Source: Nitrososphaerota archaeon (lineage in GTDB: Archaea; Thermoproteota; Nitrososphaeria; Conexivisphaerales; UBA164). From it: a stretch of 64,000 nt of DNA. A program made the position numbers and the translations under genes. Shown here piece after piece: positions 9,872-19,248 of the stretch. Numbering within the stretch: position 1 is the first letter of the stretch; the number at the start of each line of letters is the position of its first letter. The stretch is taken from the NCBI GenBank assembly GCA_009903795.1, contig WYER01000003.1, positions 8,637 to 72,636 of the forward strand, in the 5' to 3' direction. Below the pieces are notes generated by a model. It searched no databases. It was given only the letters and a program-made list of their open reading frames with translations, and was not told where the DNA came from.

Positions 9872-10850
9872 TGTATCTTACATACTTACAAAGGGAAAAA
9901 GGATTCCTGTCTGGTTCATGAGACAAGCAGGACGCCATATGCCAAAGTTTAAAGAATTAGTAAAAGATATGTCGATTACAGATGTAACGGTAAAACCTGA
10001 GCTTGCCGCCGAAATAGCAGCAGAACCCGTTTTTCTGCTTGGGGTAGATGCATCGATAATATTCATGGACATTACAACTCCTTTGGAACTTTTAGGATTT
10101 AAGTTCAAATACGTTAAAGGTAGAGGGCCAGTTTATGTTGATGAACTTAACAAAATTTATAGTGATGTTAAACTTGATCTCTTTGACAGATGGGAACCTA
10201 TCAAAGAACAGATAAGGCTTTTGAAGAAGATTAAACTTAACGTTATAGGTTTCGGAGCTGGCCCTTTTACGTTAATGACCTATCTCCTAAACGACGAGCA
10301 TAAGGATAAATTAAAAACTAAGGAATTCCTTTTCAGATCAACTATAGAAAAATTGTCCCCACTTGCTGAATTGCTTATAGAACAGGCAAGGTTTCAGTTT
10401 TTAAATGGAATTGATGCTTTCCAAATCTTCGATAGCTGGGCCGGTAGCTTATCGGGAAGTCTGCTTGAGAGCTACGTAAAGGTTTTGAACAAAGTGTTTA
10501 ATGAGCTTAAGGAATATTCAAGAAGAACCATCTACTTTTGCAGAAGCTGCAATGTTTTACTTAACAGTTTAGCCGCTACAAACTTTGAAGGATATTTAAG
10601 CGTAGACTGGAACTGCGATTTTAAGGCTGTTCACAAAAGTTTTAATGGAAGAGTAGGATTACAAGGGAATTTGGACCCTTTTTACGCTTATGTAGGGGGA
10701 AAATCGATGCTTGACGAAGCTAATAAAGTTCTTAGTAATGTTCCAGATTATTCTCGTTACGTATTTAATTTAGGTCATGGCGTGTTGCCAGGCACACCTG
10801 TGAAAAACCTAAGGCTTCTTGCTGAGCACGTTAAAAACTGGCAAATATGA
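9864..10850 (+). CDS. hemE: Uroporphyrinogen decarboxylase
   Basis: 328 aa with IPVWFMRQAGR, QIFDSWAG and NLGHGV motifs. Confidence 0.85.
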   Translation: MNDVSYILTKGKRIPVWFMRQAGRHMPKFKELVKDMSITDVTVKPELAAEIAAEPVFLLGVDASIIFMDITTPLELLGFKFKYVKGRGPVYVDELNKIYSDVKLDLFDRWEPIKEQIRLLKKIKLNVIGFGAGPFTLMTYLLNDEHKDKLKTKEFLFRSTIEKLSPLAELLIEQARFQFLNGIDAFQIFDSWAGSLSGSLLESYVKVLNKVFNELKEYSRRTIYFCRSCNVLLNSLAATNFEGYLSVDWNCDFKAVHKSFNGRVGLQGNLDPFYAYVGGKSMLDEANKVLSNVPDYSRYVFNLGHGVLPGTPVKNLRLLAEHVKNWQI

Positions 10851-11536
10851 AGACATGCTTTTTTGATTATGGTTATCCAAAAAACTTTAACGAAGTTGAA
10901 CTCATGTTGAAGAACATAAAGCATGGTTCAAGTGAACAGGCTCTAAAAATGTACTTAAAAACTGGTTTTTTTGACGTTCCGTCGCTTTATGGAAGCATTT
11001 TACACGAAGAAATAAAAAAAGGAAAAGTAGAAATAGGATACCTTTATCTCCCCCCGTACATTCAGGATCTGAAGGACTGTGAGGTTTATGTCTCTTTAAT
11101 ACCATTTATTTCAAAGAGCACAGAGATGTACTTAAAAACAATGAACATAAAGAAAGTTGAAGAGCTAGGACAAAGTGATAAATTTTTGCAAGTTTGGGGC
11201 GATAAGATAAACAAAAAATATCCCTTGGAGGATAATGTCTTTCTTATTTTCCACAGCGCGCCGCTTACAGATCATAACTATAAAAACAAAATAAATAAAT
11301 TTAAAAAACGACTGGAAGAATTAACCAACATAAAATTACATACATGTTACATTAGCTACAGAGAAGGATGGCTCGGACCTTCTTTATCTGAGTGTTATTC
11401 GTACGCAAAGATTTTTGCAATCACTGGATTTTTATTCGAAAACGCTGAATTACTTAACGAGATTCAAGGGATTAAAAAAGAATTTTTAAAGCTTGACATG
11501 AACGATGTAAAATCGTTACTATATGAATATCTTTGA
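10847..11536 (+). CDS. Short ferrochelatase-like protein (229 aa)
   Basis: By eye it is colinear with ferrochelatase blocks. CFFDYGYPKNFNEVELMLKNI matches LLVMAYGTP..., IGYLYLPPYIQD matches IGLKHIEPFIED, NVFLIFHSAPL matches MLIVSAHSLP, EGWLGPSLSE matches WLGPDV, and ITGFLFENAELLNEI matches VGFVADHLEVLYDI. It is translationally coupled to hemE. Confidence 0.55.
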   Translation: MKTCFFDYGYPKNFNEVELMLKNIKHGSSEQALKMYLKTGFFDVPSLYGSILHEEIKKGKVEIGYLYLPPYIQDLKDCEVYVSLIPFISKSTEMYLKTMNIKKVEELGQSDKFLQVWGDKINKKYPLEDNVFLIFHSAPLTDHNYKNKINKFKKRLEELTNIKLHTCYISYREGWLGPSLSECYSYAKIFAITGFLFENAELLNEIQGIKKEFLKLDMNDVKSLLYEYL

Positions 11537-11618
11537 AAATTACGCTTTCTTATAAAGATGTTTTATAAGTTAATCGAATAGTTTAAGCTAGCTGAAACTA
11601 AATCAACTATTAATTGTT

Positions 11619-12104
11619 TCAACGCAAAAAGTTTTCCCAGTTAGCCTTTCTCTTATCGTATTCTTTTCTATCATAAACAGGTTTTGCAGGGACGCCTATG
11701 ACAACAGTCTCATCAGGTACATCCTTTGTAACAACAGCGCCCATACCTACAACAGCTCTCTTTCCGACTTTTACGCCTGCCTTTATGACAGCCCTGCCGC
11801 CTATTACTGCCCCGTCTTCTATTTTGACCCCTATAAGCCTTTTACTTGGAGGATATGGATCATTGGTTATTACGGCTGCTGGACCTATGAATACGTCATT
11901 TCCTATTTCAGTTAAAGGAGCTATGTAGGCAAGCCCCTCAATTCTTACGTTGTTACCTATTTTTACATTATAATCTACATGTGCGAGAGAACCTATAACA
12001 ACGTTATCTCCTATTATCGTATTATCTCCTACGTACGTAAAATTCCAGATTTTTACGTTTTTTCCTATTCTTACATTTTTTCCTATAAAGTTTATAGTTT
12101 TCAT
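11619..12104 (-). CDS. Hexapeptide-repeat (left-handed beta-helix) acyl/acetyltransferase
   Basis: 161 aa of [LIV]G-x4 hexapeptide repeats (IGKNVKI, IGDNVVIG, IGNNVRI, and so on). Confidence 0.8.
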   Translation of the reverse strand: MKTINFIGKNVRIGKNVKIWNFTYVGDNTIIGDNVVIGSLAHVDYNVKIGNNVRIEGLAYIAPLTEIGNDVFIGPAAVITNDPYPPSKRLIGVKIEDGAVIGGRAVIKAGVKVGKRAVVGMGAVVTKDVPDETVVIGVPAKPVYDRKEYDKRKANWENFLR

Positions 12105-12186
12105 TGGATATTTTTGCGCAAGTACTTTTTTATTTTTTACTAATTAATAGGAAAAACTTAAAATATACGTCCTTTTCTCATGTTTT

Positions 12187-13842
12187 ATGCCTAGTTCTTT
12201 TATTAAAGATGGAGTTGAAAGAGCCCCGCACAGAAGCTTACTCAGAGCTGTAGGGGTTAAGGATGAAGATTTTAAAAAGCCGTTTATAGGTATAGCTAAC
12301 AGTTACAGCGAGATAGTGCCGGGGCATGTACACTTAAGAGAATTGGTTGAATATGTTAAGAAAGGCATTAAGGATGCAGGTGGCGTTCCGTTCGAATTTA
12401 ATACAATAGCTCTTGATGACGGCATAGCGATGGGACATGCTGGTATGAAATATTCTTTGCCTTCAAGAGAAGTAATTGCGGATTCTGTTGAAATAATGGC
12501 GATGGGACATCAGTTCGATGGTCTTGTTACCATAAGCAGCTGTGACAAGATTACTCCAGGAATGTTAATGGCCGTGGCAAGGCTCAACTTACCCTCAATA
12601 ATGCTTACAGGAGGTGCAATGAGGGCGGGCTTTTATAAAGGAAAAAAGGTTGGCCTTGTAGACGTTTTTGAAGCCGTAGGGTCTTATAAAGCAGGTAAAA
12701 TCAGCGAGAATGAGCTTTTAGAAATTGAAAGGGTTGCATGTCCAGGAGCTGGCTCGTGTAGCGGTCTTTTCACTGCCAACTCTATGGCAATACTTGTGGA
12801 AAGCATGGGCTTAACGCTCCCGTATGTAGGTACTTCTTTAGCTGAAAGCGAAGAAAAGAAACAGCTTGCATATCTTACAGGAAAAAGAATAGTTGAATTA
12901 GTAAAGCAGGACATCAGAGCCAGGACGTTTTTGACAAGAAATTCTTTTCTTAATGCTATTGCTGTAGATATGGCTCTTGGAGGCTCAACTAACACAATAC
13001 TTCACTTGCTTGCGGCTGCTTCAGAAGCTAATGTCCAATTAAGCCTTGATGACTTTGATACAATAAGCAAAAAAGTACCTCATATAGCGCCTATTTATCC
13101 AGGGGGCCGCTACATGATAGAGGATCTTCACGAGGCCGGTGGTGTTCCAGCTTTGATGAAAGTCATAAAGGAGCACATTGACACAGAAGTATTAACAGTC
13201 TCTGGACTATTTATAAAGGAGATAATAGAGAACGCCAGCGTAAAAAACCATGAAGTAATTAGAACCCCTGAGAACCCAGTTCACAGAACAGGTGGGATAG
13301 CCATACTTAAGGGTACTTTGGCCCCCAACGGAAGCGTGATAAAGACCGCAGCTATAGGTGATGATTACTATTTTAAGGGGAAGGCCTCTCCGTTTGATTC
13401 AGAAGAAGAAGCATTTGAAGCAGTAATAAAAGGTAAGGTTGGCGAGGGTAGGGTTATTGTAGTTAGGTATGAGGGGCCAAAAGGCGGTCCAGGCATGAGG
13501 GAAATGCTTGATATAACTAGCGCAGTTGTAGGAATGGGTATCGACGACAAGGTCGCCCTTATTACCGATGGCAGGTTTTCAGGTGGTACACGTGGACCTG
13601 CAGTTGGTCATGTATCTCCAGAAGCTTGGGAAATGGGACCTATAGCGTTAATAAGGGAAGATGATCTTATAGAAATAGATGTAAAAAACAGAAAGCTTAA
13701 CGTTCTGTTAGATGAAAAAGAGCTGAAAAAAAGATCTCAAGAATGGAAAAGACCCGCTCCTAAAACAACATCAAGGTTTTTGCTCAGGTATTCTACTCAA
13801 GTTACCTCAGCTGACAAAGGGTGCGTTCTTAAGGGATCCTAA
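12187..13842 (+). CDS. ilvD: Dihydroxy-acid dehydratase
   Basis: 551 aa with RSLLRAVG, ALDDGIAMGH, SCDKITPGMLMA, CPGAGSC and ITDGRFSGGT motifs. Confidence 0.95.
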   Translation: MPSSFIKDGVERAPHRSLLRAVGVKDEDFKKPFIGIANSYSEIVPGHVHLRELVEYVKKGIKDAGGVPFEFNTIALDDGIAMGHAGMKYSLPSREVIADSVEIMAMGHQFDGLVTISSCDKITPGMLMAVARLNLPSIMLTGGAMRAGFYKGKKVGLVDVFEAVGSYKAGKISENELLEIERVACPGAGSCSGLFTANSMAILVESMGLTLPYVGTSLAESEEKKQLAYLTGKRIVELVKQDIRARTFLTRNSFLNAIAVDMALGGSTNTILHLLAAASEANVQLSLDDFDTISKKVPHIAPIYPGGRYMIEDLHEAGGVPALMKVIKEHIDTEVLTVSGLFIKEIIENASVKNHEVIRTPENPVHRTGGIAILKGTLAPNGSVIKTAAIGDDYYFKGKASPFDSEEEAFEAVIKGKVGEGRVIVVRYEGPKGGPGMREMLDITSAVVGMGIDDKVALITDGRFSGGTRGPAVGHVSPEAWEMGPIALIREDDLIEIDVKNRKLNVLLDEKELKKRSQEWKRPAPKTTSRFLLRYSTQVTSADKGCVLKGS

Positions 13843-15417
13843 TTGTCTGAAAGAGTAGAAATTTTAGATACAACTTTACGAGACGGCTCACAGATGGCCG
13901 GAGTTAGCTTTACGCTTGAAGATAAACTAGAGATAGTAAAAAAGCTTGACGAAATAGGAATAGACATAATAGAAGGAGGGTGGCCTTCCTCAAATCCCAA
14001 GGATATGGAATTTTTTAAAGCTGTGAAAAAGCTAAACCTAGAGTACTCCAAAATAGCAGCTTTTGGTTCTACAAAGAAGAAGGGTTATGAAGTTGATAAA
14101 AATCTTGAAACGTTGTTAGACGCTGATACAAAATACGTTGTAATATTCGGTAAAAGCTGGCTTCTACATGTTAAAGAAGTGTTAAAAGTTACTCCTGAAG
14201 AAAACATATCGCTTATAGGCGAAAGCATAGATTACCTGATTTCACATGGCAGGGAAGTAATATATGATGCGGAACATTTTTTTGATGGTTATAAAGATGA
14301 TCCAGAATATGCTATTAAAACTATAAAGACCGCAGAGGAGGCAGGCGCCAAAGTTATAACTTTAGCCGATACAAACGGTGGTACTTTGCCTTTTGAAATA
14401 GAAAAGATTGTTTCCGAAGTCAGGAAAAAGATAAACGCTCCTTTAGGCATACATGCCCACAACGATGCAGGTAATGCCGTAGCAAATTCCCTTATAGCTG
14501 TTAATGCTGGAGCAATCCATGTACAGGGTACGATAAACGGGTTAGGTGAAAGGTGTGGCAACGCTGATCTTATACAGGTAATACCTTCTCTTGCCCTAAA
14601 AATGAACAAGAAAATTCTCAAGAGCCCTGCAGAACTGAAAAAATTAAGAGACGTTTCAGTTTACATTTATAGCATTCTTAACATGCCTCCAAACCCCTAT
14701 CAGCCATACGTAGGTAAATACGCGTTCACCCATAAAGGAGGAGTTCATATAGACGCTATGCTCAAAAACCCCAGAACCTACGAACACATAAACCCAGAAG
14801 CTGTAGGAAACGAACGCAATTTCTTGGTTTCAGAACAGTCTGGAAGGGCAAGCATCCTGAACTACGCGGAAGAGCTCGGTTTAAAGCTATCAAAAGAGCA
14901 TCCAGCTGTTATAACAACTTTAAACAAAGTTAAAGAAATTGAAAAGTACGGAAGCATAGAAGGCGCCGACGCAACGGTAAAGCTTTGGTTATTAAAGAAC
15001 CTTGGAATATACTCAGATAAATTTAACATTCTTTACTGGATGGCCAGCACAAGAGAAGTTAACGGTAAAATAGAAGCCGAAGGGGAAATTATAGTGAGGG
15101 TTAAAGATGAAGTTTATTATGAAAGAGAAGTAGGTGTAGGCCCTGTTCACGCTATCGATAAAGCGCTTAAGAAAGCTTTGACTAAAGTTTTTCCCCAGCT
15201 TTCAGACGTAATTCTAGAAAATTATAAAGTAACTGTAACAGAAGGCGATAAAAAAGGAACGGCCTCATACGTAAGAGTTTTTATACAGTTCTCTGACGGA
15301 AAATCAACGTGGGCAACAGCCCACGTTTCTGATAACATTCTTGTGGCCTCGCTGCAAGCGTTAAGCGATGGCTACAGCTATAAGCTTGCTTTGAATGAAT
15401 TGCGCAACCTGCTGTAA
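13843..15417 (+). CDS. cimA: Citramalate / 2-isopropylmalate synthase family (CimA-like)
   Basis: 524 aa with a TTG start, ILDTTLRDGSQ, HAHNDAGNAVANS and a C-terminal LeuA-dimer-type regulatory domain. Confidence 0.85.
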   Translation: MSERVEILDTTLRDGSQMAGVSFTLEDKLEIVKKLDEIGIDIIEGGWPSSNPKDMEFFKAVKKLNLEYSKIAAFGSTKKKGYEVDKNLETLLDADTKYVVIFGKSWLLHVKEVLKVTPEENISLIGESIDYLISHGREVIYDAEHFFDGYKDDPEYAIKTIKTAEEAGAKVITLADTNGGTLPFEIEKIVSEVRKKINAPLGIHAHNDAGNAVANSLIAVNAGAIHVQGTINGLGERCGNADLIQVIPSLALKMNKKILKSPAELKKLRDVSVYIYSILNMPPNPYQPYVGKYAFTHKGGVHIDAMLKNPRTYEHINPEAVGNERNFLVSEQSGRASILNYAEELGLKLSKEHPAVITTLNKVKEIEKYGSIEGADATVKLWLLKNLGIYSDKFNILYWMASTREVNGKIEAEGEIIVRVKDEVYYEREVGVGPVHAIDKALKKALTKVFPQLSDVILENYKVTVTEGDKKGTASYVRVFIQFSDGKSTWATAHVSDNILVASLQALSDGYSYKLALNELRNLL

Positions 15418-17708
15418 ACTTCGAGGAGTTCTAAACCATTCTTGATCCCCATGCTTGCCTCTTCAACCTTGTTTTTTTCAAAAAATTCCCTTACCTCATC
15501 TTCTTTGCCAAGACCGACATAAGGTATCAACGCAAAAAGCATTCTTGGCAATACCCCAGATTTTGCAAAAACGCTTCTTAGGTATTCTATGTTATCCTTA
15601 AGCCATGCCCATAGCAGATCGTAATTTTGCGGGTTAGTTATAGCGTTTGTTATATACCTTATATCCTGTTTTTTGACATCGTTCGTCTTGAACATCAAAA
15701 GGACTCTTTGAAAGTCATCTTTCTTTCTGATGTTTAACATTCCTGTAAGTATGTTTACCCTATCTTCATCATAAGTTGCTTTTTTGTACAGCGAGATCAG
15801 CTCTTCATAAGGCTTTTCAGAAGACACAGCTATCGAAACTGCTACAGCAGCTCGCATATTAGGGTCTGAAGAAAAGTAATCAGCTTCTGCCATTTCTTTA
15901 GCAAATTTGTTGTTTATCATGCTTAACCTCCTCGAGAGAATCCCGTTAAACATTTTTGCTTTAAAGTCGGTTCTGTTCTTCCAAGTCTCATAAAGGAAAT
16001 TAAGATGTCTCTCGTATATTGGTTTTATTTTGTCTCCAAATATTAAATAGAGCGTTGTCATCTGTGAAAGTAAGGTAAGGGCTGGGAGGTATGAATTTTC
16101 TCCTAGGAATTTTTCTGCCACGGAAAAATATTCATTAGGGCTTATAAGGTTGGCCAGCATGCTTGAATAAGAATCTACTAACAAGTTCCATTTATCAAAA
16201 GCGCTTTTGCCCTCAGTTAAAGGTTTATCCCAATCGCTGTAAAGAACTCTGTAAAAACCTTTTCCTTCCACGTTCATTTTTGAAAAATCTTCGATCTCGC
16301 CAGTCACATCCTCAAAGAGAGCAGTTACTTTTTTTCCATCCTTATAATACGTCAGAGGCAATGGCCAAACATCATCCTCTAAAGATAGATACTTGAACCT
16401 TTTTTGTTCTATCTTTACTTTTGTATCACCAAAATAAACCTTTACAATTGGATGCCCTGCCTTTGTAACCCAGGCGTTCATGATCTTTTGTACTGGCAAA
16501 CTTGAAGCCTCTTCCATGCTAGCCCATAAGTCATTCATTGTTGCGTTTGAATATGCGTGAGTTTTCAAGTAAGATTTTATGCCATCTTCAAAAAATTTTT
16601 CTCCTATATAATCTTCAAGCATTCTTAACACGCTTGCTCCTTTACCGTAACTTATATCATCAAATATCTGCTCTATCTCTTCTGGTTTGTTTACAGGAAC
16701 GTGTATAGGATGAGTCGTACTTAGCGAATCTGTATGCATAGCTGGTTCAGTTTCCGTTAGTACAAAGTCTTCCCAGTGATCCCACTCAGGAAATACTGAG
16801 TTTATAGCTTTATAGCTCATAAAAGTTGCAAAGCTTTCATTCAACCATAGATCATCCCACCATTTCATTGTAACTAGATCGCCAAACCATTGATGAGCTA
16901 TTTCATGCGCTACAACAGTTGCTACGTTTCTTCTTATAGACTCTGAACTTTTTTCGTCAGCAAGCAAAGCTATTTCTCTGAACGTTATGGCTCCCCAGTT
17001 TTCCATAGCACCAACAGCAAACTCGGGAACAGCTATAAGATGTAATTTTGGCAACGGATATTCTATGCCGAAATACCCTTCGTAAAAATCAATAACTTTT
17101 TTTGCTACATCTAAAGCAAATCGCCCTCTTGAAGATTTTCCACCATAAGCCGCCACGTTAACCATCTTATCCCCAATTTTATCTTCTATTTCGTCAAAAT
17201 CTCCAACGCCCAAGTATAAAAGATAAGTTGACATGGGTAAAGTCTCTGGGAAATAGTAAGTTACTCCGTTGTTGCTTCTTTCTATTTTTAAAGGAGGCAT
17301 GTTGGATATTACTTTCGTATCCCTGTTTACATGAACAGTAAGCTTGAACCTTGCTTTATAATCTGGCCTATCTATACACGGTATAAACAAACGCGCGCCG
17401 TTTGGCTCAAACTGGGTTGTGTAAAATTTAGTATCTTTAAATCTCGCAACATAAAACCCCATCAAATTTTCTGAAGCCTTTCCTTTAAATTTAATTTGCA
17501 GTTTTTCAGTTATGTTTGCTTCAACCTTAAAACCTTTATTTCCTTCTACAGGTTCTACCCTTTTACCATCAGCCCACACGCTTTCAATTTTTAATCCTTC
17601 AGCATCTATCCATGGGTTTATCGCAGACATATAAATCGTTTCTTCCCCAGTATAGCTGCCTGTTTCAAAATCGAGATCCACCTTGATATCGTATTCTGTT
17701 ATTCTCAT
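15378..17708 (-). CDS. M1-family zinc aminopeptidase (tricorn-interacting-factor F2/F3-like)
   Basis: 776 aa with GAMENWG and HEIAHQWFGDLVT...WLNESFA motifs. Confidence 0.9.
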   Translation of the reverse strand: MRITEYDIKVDLDFETGSYTGEETIYMSAINPWIDAEGLKIESVWADGKRVEPVEGNKGFKVEANITEKLQIKFKGKASENLMGFYVARFKDTKFYTTQFEPNGARLFIPCIDRPDYKARFKLTVHVNRDTKVISNMPPLKIERSNNGVTYYFPETLPMSTYLLYLGVGDFDEIEDKIGDKMVNVAAYGGKSSRGRFALDVAKKVIDFYEGYFGIEYPLPKLHLIAVPEFAVGAMENWGAITFREIALLADEKSSESIRRNVATVVAHEIAHQWFGDLVTMKWWDDLWLNESFATFMSYKAINSVFPEWDHWEDFVLTETEPAMHTDSLSTTHPIHVPVNKPEEIEQIFDDISYGKGASVLRMLEDYIGEKFFEDGIKSYLKTHAYSNATMNDLWASMEEASSLPVQKIMNAWVTKAGHPIVKVYFGDTKVKIEQKRFKYLSLEDDVWPLPLTYYKDGKKVTALFEDVTGEIEDFSKMNVEGKGFYRVLYSDWDKPLTEGKSAFDKWNLLVDSYSSMLANLISPNEYFSVAEKFLGENSYLPALTLLSQMTTLYLIFGDKIKPIYERHLNFLYETWKNRTDFKAKMFNGILSRRLSMINNKFAKEMAEADYFSSDPNMRAAVAVSIAVSSEKPYEELISLYKKATYDEDRVNILTGMLNIRKKDDFQRVLLMFKTNDVKKQDIRYITNAITNPQNYDLLWAWLKDNIEYLRSVFAKSGVLPRMLFALIPYVGLGKEDEVREFFEKNKVEEASMGIKNGLELLEVYSRLRNSFKASL

Positions 17709-17749
17709 GATAATATTAATAATACGCGTATTTATAATCTTTAACGCTC

Positions 17750-18229
17750 ATGAAAATCAAATATAAAAGGATAATCCTTTATATTACAGGAGTTTTTTTT
17801 GTTTTATATGCTATTCTGCTTCTTTTAAACTATTTGCATTATGCATTTCCCGTGGAAGGAGTTAGCATGCAACCTGTGCTCTGGACTGGATATCTTGTTT
17901 TTGTCCAACCAACAACTATCTCGCAACTTGTCCCCAATTCCAGCATAATCGTTTACTACAATTCATTCTATAAAGAACTTGTAATCCATATGGTAATTAA
18001 AAAGATAGACAATTATGCGGTAATAGTAAAAGGAGTTAATACCATTACGAACCCTTTCCCCGATTTAAATTATTCATCAGGAATGCCGTTGCTTGTTACC
18101 CAAAACATGATTATAGGGAAGGTGATTTTCTGGGTACCATATCTTGGATATATTCTGCTCTTTCCGTATGATTACATTATAGTCATACTATTTGTAATTT
18201 CAGTAATCATAAATTCTTTTAATGAGTAA
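17750..18229 (+). CDS. Type I signal peptidase (S26/Sec11-like), membrane anchored
   Basis: 159 aa with an N-terminal TM segment, then VEGVSMQPVLWTGYLVFV (SM.P...GD.v.v catalytic Ser box) and a C-terminal TM segment. Confidence 0.6.
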   Translation: MKIKYKRIILYITGVFFVLYAILLLLNYLHYAFPVEGVSMQPVLWTGYLVFVQPTTISQLVPNSSIIVYYNSFYKELVIHMVIKKIDNYAVIVKGVNTITNPFPDLNYSSGMPLLVTQNMIIGKVIFWVPYLGYILLFPYDYIIVILFVISVIINSFNE

Positions 18230-18232
18230 AAT

Positions 18233-18340
18233 GCCTGAGCTTACATACAGGGCTTTAGGTTTCCAGTTGTCTTACGATGCACTTTTACTACATTTAGGGT
18301 GTTTACCTATTCTTGACCTTACCTCTAGTTAATGCACGGG
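18233..18340 (+). repeat. Dispersed intergenic repeat, family B, copy 1
   Basis: gcctgagcttacatacagggctttaggtttccagttgtcttacgatgcacttttactacatttagggtgtttacctattcttgaccttacctctagttaatgcacggg. It is homologous to 6743-6840 (reverse) and, more weakly, to 40971-41045. Confidence 0.5.
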
Positions 18341-18454
18341 TTATTTAAACCAATACTTTGATTTCTGCTTTCAGGTAACATACTTATGTTTTAAAGCATA
18401 TTTTTACTTTATTACCTGCCTTAGAGGATCTCTGGCAAAAAGATGAAGCTTATA

Positions 18455-18928
18455 CTAAGGCATAGTCTTTAATGCCTTGCCTATAATTGTATTTGTAAAA
18501 ATGGATGTTAATATGTACCAAGTAACAAAGTTCATTCCCCATGCAATGCCAGCGGGTTTATTTGCCGTAAAATAAAAAATAGAAAACCTAAAGGGAGAAA
18601 GAGCCACAATAGAATTCCCAAAATAAAAAATTAAGACATAAAACAGTATCAAGAATGGTACCAAAAGGTAAAGTGATACTTTCAACCTTTCCATCTGAGT
18701 TTTCATTACCATATCTTGTAGCTGTTTTTGTTTTTTCTCTAGCCTTGCCAGTTTTTCTTTATCACCCTCTGATATTGCCTGCCTGTACTCTTTAATAAAC
18801 TCATTGTAAGCTTTCATAACTTCGTTGCTAGTCTGCAGATCAACCTTCTTCATTATCAGTATATTAGAAGCTAAAGCTGATACTAAGGAAATTGCAAATA
18901 TTATCAAAGCAGACTCGATTATTAGCAT
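18455..18928 (-). CDS. DUF106 / EMC3-Oxa1-superfamily membrane protein (archaeal YidC-like insertase candidate)
   Basis: 157 aa with TM1, then a charged coiled-coil (KAYNEFIKEYRQAISEGDKEKLARLEKKQKQLQDMVMKTQMERLK), then two TM segments. This is the Mj0480-type architecture. It lies directly downstream of an adk relic, matching the conserved archaeal adk-DUF106 order. Confidence 0.6.
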   Translation of the reverse strand: MLIIESALIIFAISLVSALASNILIMKKVDLQTSNEVMKAYNEFIKEYRQAISEGDKEKLARLEKKQKQLQDMVMKTQMERLKVSLYLLVPFLILFYVLIFYFGNSIVALSPFRFSIFYFTANKPAGIAWGMNFVTWYILTSIFTNTIIGKALKTMP

Positions 18929-18957
18929 TATTCCTTCTCTCTATAACTAAAGCCTTT

Positions 18958-19248
18958 TTATAAGCTCTTCTGCTGTTGCTTCAGGCTTTCCTTCTTAGGG
19001 TCGTTCAACCTCCTCTTTATTATAATTTCAGCTGGAGCTGTTATTAGGAAAAGGTGAGTTGGCTTGAGTATTTTGGCAACGTGCATGGGTATTCAAGGCA
19101 AGTATCCGAAAGGCGTATGTATTTGAAAGTGTGTGTCAACAACTTTCAGAGAAGATTTTGAAGAAGCTATCCTCTTTTTCAGAACCGTTGATTTCCCAAC
19201 GCCAGCTATTCCAACGATTATAGCGAGCTTAAACACTGGACACCTCAT
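18958..19248 (-). pseudogene. adkA: Decayed archaeal-type adenylate kinase (AdkA) relic
   Basis: My own translation gives MRCPVFKLAIIVGIAGVGKSTVLKK...KVVDTHFQIHTPFGYLP*IPMHVAKILKPTHLFLITAPAEIIIKRRLNDPKKE...*. The P-loop and the AdkA-specific VDTH...P.GYLPG.P block are present. There is an in-frame TGA at 19093-19095 where Gly is expected, and the gene has only 96 codons against about 190 in intact AdkA. Confidence 0.7.

Noticed and set aside
19093-19095. An in-frame TGA at exactly the position of a conserved Gly (GYLP-G-LP) in the adk relic. This could suggest TGA-to-Gly recoding, as in some candidate-phyla bacteria.
   Set aside because: TGA clearly terminates well-conserved genes in this window (hemD at 7610-7612, hemB, hemL). 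The adk relic also has large internal and C-terminal deletions. A simple GGA-to-TGA nonsense mutation in a pseudogene explains it.
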